Source of the DNA: the human T2T-CHM13v2.0 reference genome, Homo sapiens
Direction: 5' to 3' (one strand)
Length of the DNA stretch: 64,000 nt
NCBI RefSeq assembly: GCF_009914755.1
Contig: NC_060932.1
The position numbers were made by a program, and so were the translations under genes. The notes under the pieces were generated by a model. It ran no database searches. It had not been told where the DNA came from and saw only the letters and a program-made list of their open reading frames with translations. How positions within the stretch are numbered: position 1 is the stretch's first letter; the number at the start of each line of letters is the position of its first letter. This document shows, in pieces, positions 56,700 to 64,000 of the stretch.

Positions 56700-56968
56700 T
56701 CACCCATTATCTCCACACTCTTGGAATCTGGGCACAAGGAAGCATGCACAGCCCATCAGAAGCCTACATTATTTTAAGGTGAACTCTTGGGAAACAGCTG
56801 AGGAACTGCCTCTTCTTACTCTTTAAAAACGTACTGGTAACTGCTGCTAACTGAAGCGTGTATTCAGGGCACCTCAGATCTCTGCTCCTGGGTTGCAGAC
56901 TCAAGCGTGGCCCAAATAAACCCTCTACTCAGCTTAATTTTGCCTCAGCTTCTTCCATTCAGGCTGAC
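56700..56968 (+). mobile_element. MER34-like LTR 3' portion
   Basis: GGCCCAAATAAACCCTCTAC...CAGGCTGACA terminus; 5' boundary uncertain. Confidence 0.5.
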
Positions 56969-57193
56969 ACAGGCAGCACCACTTCCAGGTCTCTGGCTAC
57001 AAGCAACTGCAAACACCTCTGTTCTCTGAGATGAGAGGCACCGAGCTCCCTGCCTGATGCCACCTCCACCCTCATCACAGTCTGGGGAAGGCTGGACCAA
57101 TGGCTGATAGACAGGAACTTTGCACCAACGATGGATCTTGGGGGCAACGTGAAAAGCAGATTCTATGACATCTGAAAGGGAAGATTTTCCAGT

Positions 57194-58015
57194 TGTAAAC
57201 CAAAAGCAAAATCCTAAGCTCTCAATTGACTGAGAGAAACCCGAAAAACTGAATTCCAGGAGGGAGGTCAGACACTCCCATTATACGTCCTCCCTGTGGA
57301 GTGCAGCCACGACTGGCCAGCACTAACTCCAAAATGAATAAGAACAGACACTCTGTGGGAACCAAACTCCAAACCTGACTCTGGAGCAGAACCACATGAC
57401 ATAGCAGGTCCTGAAGGAAATCAAAGTATTTCACTCCAAAATATGTTTCTTTGACATATTTTGAAATGGCCCTGCAGAGCCTTTTGTGGGGGAAATTTCC
57501 ATCTGTAGCTAGTCTCCACTCATACTGCCAGGTCTTTCCCAGATCCAGGAGAGTTGAATCGAGCCTGACACCTTTGAGGTAGGAAAGGAGATTTTCACCA
57601 TCCTTCTCTCGGAAGGCTACTACCTGGAAACTTCATCTACACAAGAACCTCGGCTTCCACAACCCCCCTTATCTTAACCCAAGCATCTCTTTCTGCTGAC
57701 TTCCTCTTTAGACAAAGCTTTATTCTTTCTACCAGCTGCCAATCAGGAAATCTTTGGATCCCCCTCTGACCTGGACGCCCCCCTTCAAGATGTCCCACCT
57801 CTTTAGGCTGAACCAAGGTACACCTTCCATGTATTGATTTACGATTTTACCCACAATTCCTGCCTCTCTAAAATGTATAAAACCAAACTGTAAACCGGCT
57901 GCCTTGGGTACATGTTCTCAGGACCTCCGGAGACCGTTCCCCGGGCTGTGATCCCTCTACTGGCTGAGAATAAACCTCTTTAAATACTTCACACAGTTTG
58001 GTTTTTCAGCTAACA
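57194..58015 (+). mobile_element. ERV1 solo LTR, MER49/MER4D-like
   Basis: TGTAAACCAAAAG...TAACA; TSD CAGT/CAGG; homologous to 4215-5065. Confidence 0.82.
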
Positions 58016-58119
58016 CAGGGAAACACTGGTATGGCCCTAACTGCCAGGACACCCTGCCTCTGGCCGTGAGGGGAGCGGGTGGGGAGTCAGGCTGGTGGAG
58101 GCCTGGCTTGGCACACTTC

Positions 58120-58618
58120 TGTTACACGAAAAGGGTCCCCATTCAGACAGCAAGAGAAGGTTCCTGGGTCTCACACAAGAAAGAATTCAGGACGAGTCCG
58201 CAGTGCAAAGTAAAAGCAAGTTTATTAAGAGAGTACAGCGGTGAAAGAACAGCTACTCCGTAGACGCAGTAGGATGTTCCCGACAGCAAGAGGAGGAACG
58301 CGTCCACCCTAGGTACAATGCTTGCTTAAGTATAGGATAAAAAAGGTCATGGGGAGATGTGCTCTGCTACATTAATTTTCTTAATTACTATATTTTGCAA
58401 GAATTCATATTGTTATCTTTAAAGCAAAATTAGGAATGCCTTTGTTCTCAAGATATCAGGATATTAGGACACTCTCAAGCCTGGGTCTGTTTAGTAAACA
58501 TTAATCTGTTCCCTTCACGGTAAACATCTAGAGGCCAGGAATGCAGCTCAGCAGGTCCCAGCCTCATTTCCTAGCCCTCACTCAAAATGGAGTCACTCCA
58601 GTTCAAACGTCTCAGACA
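58120..58618 (-). mobile_element. MER41-family solo LTR
   Basis: CAAGAAAGAATTCAGG and AAAGCAAGTTTATTAAG blocks; TSD CTTC/CTTT. Confidence 0.82.
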
Positions 58619-60249
58619 CTTTGATGTTAAGTAGCTAAACAGGCAGTGTTCTAATAGAATGACGGTGCTTGAGGAAAAGTGCAAGACCAAGTCTGTTTGC
58701 AGCTTACAGCCATTATTCTAAATATTTCCTTTGTGAATATAAAAATCCACTCATAAGTTTATAAAACAACCAAGATCCGGTTACAGATCAAACAGCTCTC
58801 CTTCCTGTAAAGGAAAAACATTCCAGGAGTTTTTCCTTCAGGAAGGAAGGTGGGGCTGGGGGCACAGGTGAGAAAGGCGCGGGCATTCCTAATCCCACAG
58901 CTCATCTTCACGCTTAGTGCTGTTTCTGTCCATGCTTTGTCCCTGTCCTAAAGAGAGTCTTATTCAGTTGTAAACTAAACCCTTTCTGAATGAAAAACAG
59001 AAAAGGCCCAGTCACGTTTTCACACAATCAGCAATCTAAATTTAAAATAAAAAATAAAATCTCCATAAAAATATGCCCACAGATTTTATACTCACACTGA
59101 GGAGACAGGAAATGCTCTCAAAGGTCAGCTCACTGTGATGTGGGGGGTGTCACGTGGAGTCAGTAAAAGATTACAGAGGCACCGAAGATGCATTAAACAT
59201 GAAAATACCCAAAAGGAGAGAGAGTATCCAAGACGGAAACAGGCCTGACCCGGAGGGCCCCAGAAGGGCAGGCATCCTGGGAGCCAGGGACAGGCCAGGC
59301 CGAGGCCTTGATAGGGTCCATGCACTTGGTCCCTGGTGGACACACGTCAACGAGGCCTAAGCGCTTGGCACATCTCTCAGAGGCACCTTCTAGAGAAAAG
59401 GTGTTTGCAACATACACTGAGGCCTTGCGACATAAAATGAAAGGAAGATCACGGAATGCAATTAAAAGAACTGGCACCTGTAGTCACTCAGCAACCCTGG
59501 AGGTTCACGGAGATGCAATCGAGCCAGTCACTAAACACCATGAGAAATGGCGGAATGCAAAAAAAAAAAAAAAAAAAAAATCCCCCAAAATAAAAGCACA
59601 ATCATTTGCTTTTGTCTGCCTGCCACGCCTGCTATCTTGCGTGGCCACAGAATAGAGGAGCCTGCGGCAGCCACGTTGCAGTCCCTGCCTTCCTGGGAGC
59701 TGCCCTTGGCCATGGCGGCCGCTCAGAGCCTCCTCTTCCTGAGATCACAGCAGAGGCAGAATTGTGGGAGCCTCCATCCTGTGTGAGCCACGAGCCACTC
59801 CAAGACTGGGCCTACGTGTAGGGGATGACACCCTCCTAAAGCTGGGGCTCCCCGAGCTTTCAGCCCCAGATGCTGGGGGCCCTGGGAGCTCTGGTTCCAC
59901 ATGGACACACTCACACTTGCCACGTTTGCATCCAGAGCTCTGGTTCAGAAAATAGAATCATTATGCATAGAGGCTGAGTGGGTTTTTTGGCATCCCATTT
60001 TTTAATTGGCTTATTAAAATTTATGGTGCTTTAAAAGGAATTACTGGCCCTCTTACTGCCCTGTCACATAATGTTCCCAGAACAGTGACTGTTGGGTGTG
60101 TGGTTGGAACAGCTGCAGCCCTGGCCCTGTTACAGATCGTCCAGCACCCACCAGGTCCACTGGGTCAGACACTCAGGAGCAGGGCCCGGAGTCTGAGCTT
60201 TCTTAACCCCCAGCCTACCCCCCAGGCGGTTCTGACACCGGGTCAAATG

Positions 60250-60821
60250 TGTAAACTGAAAAAGGACCTGAGACAGGTCTCAATCAACTTAGTTTATTTT
60301 GCCAACATTAAGGATGCAGCCGTGACACAGCCTCAGGAAGTCCGGAGAACGTGTGCCCAGGCGGTCTGGGCACAGCTTGGTTTTATACATTTTAGGGAGA
60401 CAGGAGTTACAGGCAGAGACATAAACCAATACCTGTAAGGTGTACATGGCTTCAGTCTGGAAAAGGGGGACAACTCAAAGTGGGGGCTTCTGGGTCACAG
60501 GTGGATTGAAAGATTTTCTGATTGGCAAATGGTTGAAAGAGTTACTATCTAAAAACCTGGAATCAATAGAAAGGAACGCCTGGATTACCATAAGTGGTTG
60601 TGGAGATCAAAGTTTTATCCTGAAGATGAAGCCTTGGGGTAGCAGGCTTTGCAGAGAACAGGTAGTAAATGTTTCTTATCTGTCTTAAGGTCTAGTGCTG
60701 ATGTTTGTGAGGCTCCTGCTTCCCATCATGGCCTGAACTCGTTTTTCAGGATAATCTGGAATGCCTTTGGGGAGGGTCTGCTAGCTGGATGGGAGGCTTA
60801 GAATTTTATATTTGGTTTACA
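60250..60821 (-). mobile_element. MER4-family solo LTR
   Basis: CAGCTTGGTTTTATACATTTTAGGGAGACA block; ends TTTGGTTTACA; TSD AATG/CATG. Confidence 0.82.
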
Positions 60822-63660
60822 CATGTGACAAGCATCGCTGTGCTACATCATTCACCCTTCACAGAGGGGTCACCTGGCTGCCCAGAGGTCAAACAGTGTG
60901 GGGACCAGACCTGCGAACACACAGACCTGTGATCTTCTGACCGTGTTCAGAGCGTGGCCCCTGAGAAAAGCAGGTAGGTGACTCCAAACTACCAACCCAT
61001 GAGAACAAACGTGCGTCACGATGTGATGAGTAATTGATAATATTTATTATGACAGGCTGCTTTTCTGAAGAAGAGGCTGTCGGGAACACCTATAACTTCC
61101 TGATGTCTTATCCATGTACTTGGGATTTGTCCAAGAAGGACTTTTTAGTTCACACGATTAAAACAATCCACAGAACAAAACCAAATAAGAGTGAATGAAC
61201 ATCTGATTTGATCCTGGTGAGCAGCCTGCCACCGTACATTGTTATCTCATTCTAAATTAGATATCAGTTTTCCTTATGGATGCCTAAGAAGGAAACGGAA
61301 TTTCTCTTATGTCCAGTTTCTGAAATTAGGAGTAAGGTACCTTAATTTATGCCTAGAATGATTAAAACCAAGAATGCTTAGCCAATTACTGAGTGAATAT
61401 GCCTATTTATGGGAGAGGAATTGAAAGACATAATTCTCAAGAAAACGTGGAAAATCTCCACATCCATGAATGACAAAATAAACCATAGCTGACCCAGTGG
61501 AACCCCAGCCACTGAGGATACTTTCTGAGTGTTCGCTGATGTCTGTAAAATGAACTCTGCAATTGGAAACCTCTCACATTGCCCTCAAACTGGCAAAATT
61601 AGAAGCTAATTCAAACATAATTATAAAACAGTTCATGAGCATTTAGATTTTTGTATTCCCCTCAGCAATCAATGAGGAGGCAAGAAGTGGAATGCGGACA
61701 GGCATAGCCAGGTGAGAATCCCATGGGTGGTGCAGAGGCAGGGCCAGAGCAAGGTCGCCCGCCACACCGACTGGGTCAGCACCCTCCTGGCCTTACAGCT
61801 GGGCCACACTGGCTTTTGCACGGAGCAGGCAGAAGCCAGTACGAAGCCTACGGTGCTCTCTCCTCATCCTTCTGTCCTTCCTCCATGAACTGGGGTGTGT
61901 TGGTCTGGGGAGGAGTGTAGTGTTGAACAGAGTGCAATTATTACTAAAATCTCTGATCCCTAGATTTCTTGAACAAATAACTCTAAAAGAGGGACAGAGT
62001 GGAAGGAACCATTCACTTTGTGAGAAAGGAGACGAGGAATTTGTTTTATGTACAGATGGAAATCTCTGCATGAGAAAACCACCTTCTGGGAGCCGCGTAG
62101 ACCCAGAGGCCAGGAGCCCTCTCAGACCCGAGGTTTCCTTATCTGGGCAGGAATGGAGTCATTTTACAGCCCCTTCCCTCCGTTCCTATTTCCTGGAAGG
62201 AAATCCGGTCTCAGGCTTTGAAGCCTGTTCAGATGTTGGTGAAAAACAGCTGAACTCCGGCTGCTTGTTTAAACACAAGAACAGGAGAGGGGAAGAAGTT
62301 TAGATAATGCCCAGTAATCTGTTCTCTGAAAGAAAAAGATACTTTCATAGAACAAGAAGAGAACAAAAATGAATACTCCAAAGGTTAATAGCTTGCTGCC
62401 CATCTGCCACCCCCGCAGGAGGTTTTACTTTCCAAAAGGACCTTCTGTGTCATATCCAGATGTTTGTCTTTTATCTCAAGAGGTAAATTTTGTCTCCAAA
62501 AGGTTGAATATTGTTTTGCTTCCTTTCCTAGTGTAAAACAAATCTTTTTGTTAACACATCTGCATTCAAAAGTATCATTAGTACTTTGTAATGATCTCAT
62601 CATTCTCTAATCACACTCAATATAAAATTGTGACTAAAAATGTTTCCCCCTTTTCTTCTTAGTCCAGGGATCCTGTCAGAGAAAAATAATTCCTGCCTGT
62701 TTTGAAATCTGTGGGCACCAATTTGAAACCTGGGAAATCACTGACCTGTCACTGACCTGCCACTGGGCTTGCTGGTGACCCAACCAAGTGAGAGCCGGAG
62801 CACATGGCGGGAGATGGCCCTGCAGCCGGGTGCTGACTTCTTTCAGGGCTGACCTTAATGTGGCTTAATTTAACGGTTGGAATTACCTACAGAAGGAGTC
62901 ACTAGTATCAGTGCAGAAATGAGAGAGAAAGAGGCAGCAACTACTTTCTCTGATTGGAAATAGTTTAAAATTACACCTAAGTGCTGCCAACTAGCCCAGC
63001 CCCTTCGTGCCTGTGACGCTCTCTCAGCCGCTGGCTCCCTTCTCCCAGGACGTTGACATGGCCTCCTTGACGCTGATGTAAACCCGGGAAATACTGACGA
63101 CTTGCTAAAGTTTTTGGTGGAACAGGGTCCTCTTGCCGCCAGCTGGCACTTCCCTAACAGGAGGGAGAATTGTATGTTCTGGTGTTGGCCTAACTGTTAC
63201 TAAAAGTGCGGCTGTAGAAAAAGAAACCTCAGAGGCCTGTTTTGTGGCTGAGACGAGAGCATGAATATTATTTTGGAAGAAACCATACCCAAGTTAGGCC
63301 CCATGAATACAGACTCAGCAGTGGGCGGCGGCATGGCCAGTGCTATAAGGAGCACAAGGAGGACACAACTCCTTCACTGAAAGGCCAGTTTTTTAGGGTT
63401 CTGCACGCATTTATTATTTTTGAATCAGTCACTCATCCATTAACAACAGTTTATGAGGAGCCTGACTTGCCCCAACGCATGCTAAGCCCCACCGGGTTGG
63501 TTTCCTATTCCCGGACGGACGTGGGAAGGAGCCACTCCAACCCTGACGAGGACCAGCATAGGCCCTGCACTGGAGCTGGCCATGGCGAGGGGGTGGCCAC
63601 TGCTCCAGGAGCGAGTCCAGGAGGCCAAACAGTGACCCCTTAGCAGTCGCTGCCCCATGA

Positions 63661-63999
<339 letters not shown>

Positions 64000-64000
64000 C

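Noticed and set aside
58120-58618. MER41 as an interferon-gamma/STAT1 enhancer
   Set aside because: I saw no intact TTCNNNGAA site in this copy (closest are TTCCCGACA and TTCTCAAGA)
63136-63150. CTCF-like motif CCGCCAGCTGGCAC
   Set aside because: Mismatch at a core purine position; not supportable without ChIP data

Overview
Primate (human-like) genomic DNA, mostly transposable-element derived. The only supportable protein-coding feature is the first coding exon of TDRP (C8orf42, testis development-related protein; human 8p23.3), on the minus strand at 31745-31852 inside a ~2.4 kb CpG island. The identification rests on my recognition of the peptide MWKLGRGRVLLDEPPEEEDGLRGGPPPAAAAAAQAQ. Positions 1-31744 are intron 1 and ~33.6-64 kb is upstream/intergenic. 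Almost all other ORFs in the track are L1, Alu, LTR, VNTR or GC-rich artefacts. I cannot support a new biological system here. The most notable items are: (i) a promoter with an adjacent RFX X-box and NRF1 palindrome at the GC-skew switch, a candidate upstream exon, a decayed GC-box minisatellite and repeated copies of the exon-1 splice donor; (ii) an L1MA element with two separate in-place inversions and a captured Alu-plus-flank fragment, inside a four-level nest of elements; (iii) a full-length dead Hsmar1 mariner ~6 kb upstream; (iv) a two-LTR MER31-type provirus remnant carrying DNA-repair scars (telomeric insert, snap-back hairpins); (v) a 33-bp VNTR with a perfect 14-bp palindrome at each unit junction. 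Repeat subfamily names come from my recollection of consensus sequences and need RepeatMasker/Dfam confirmation.
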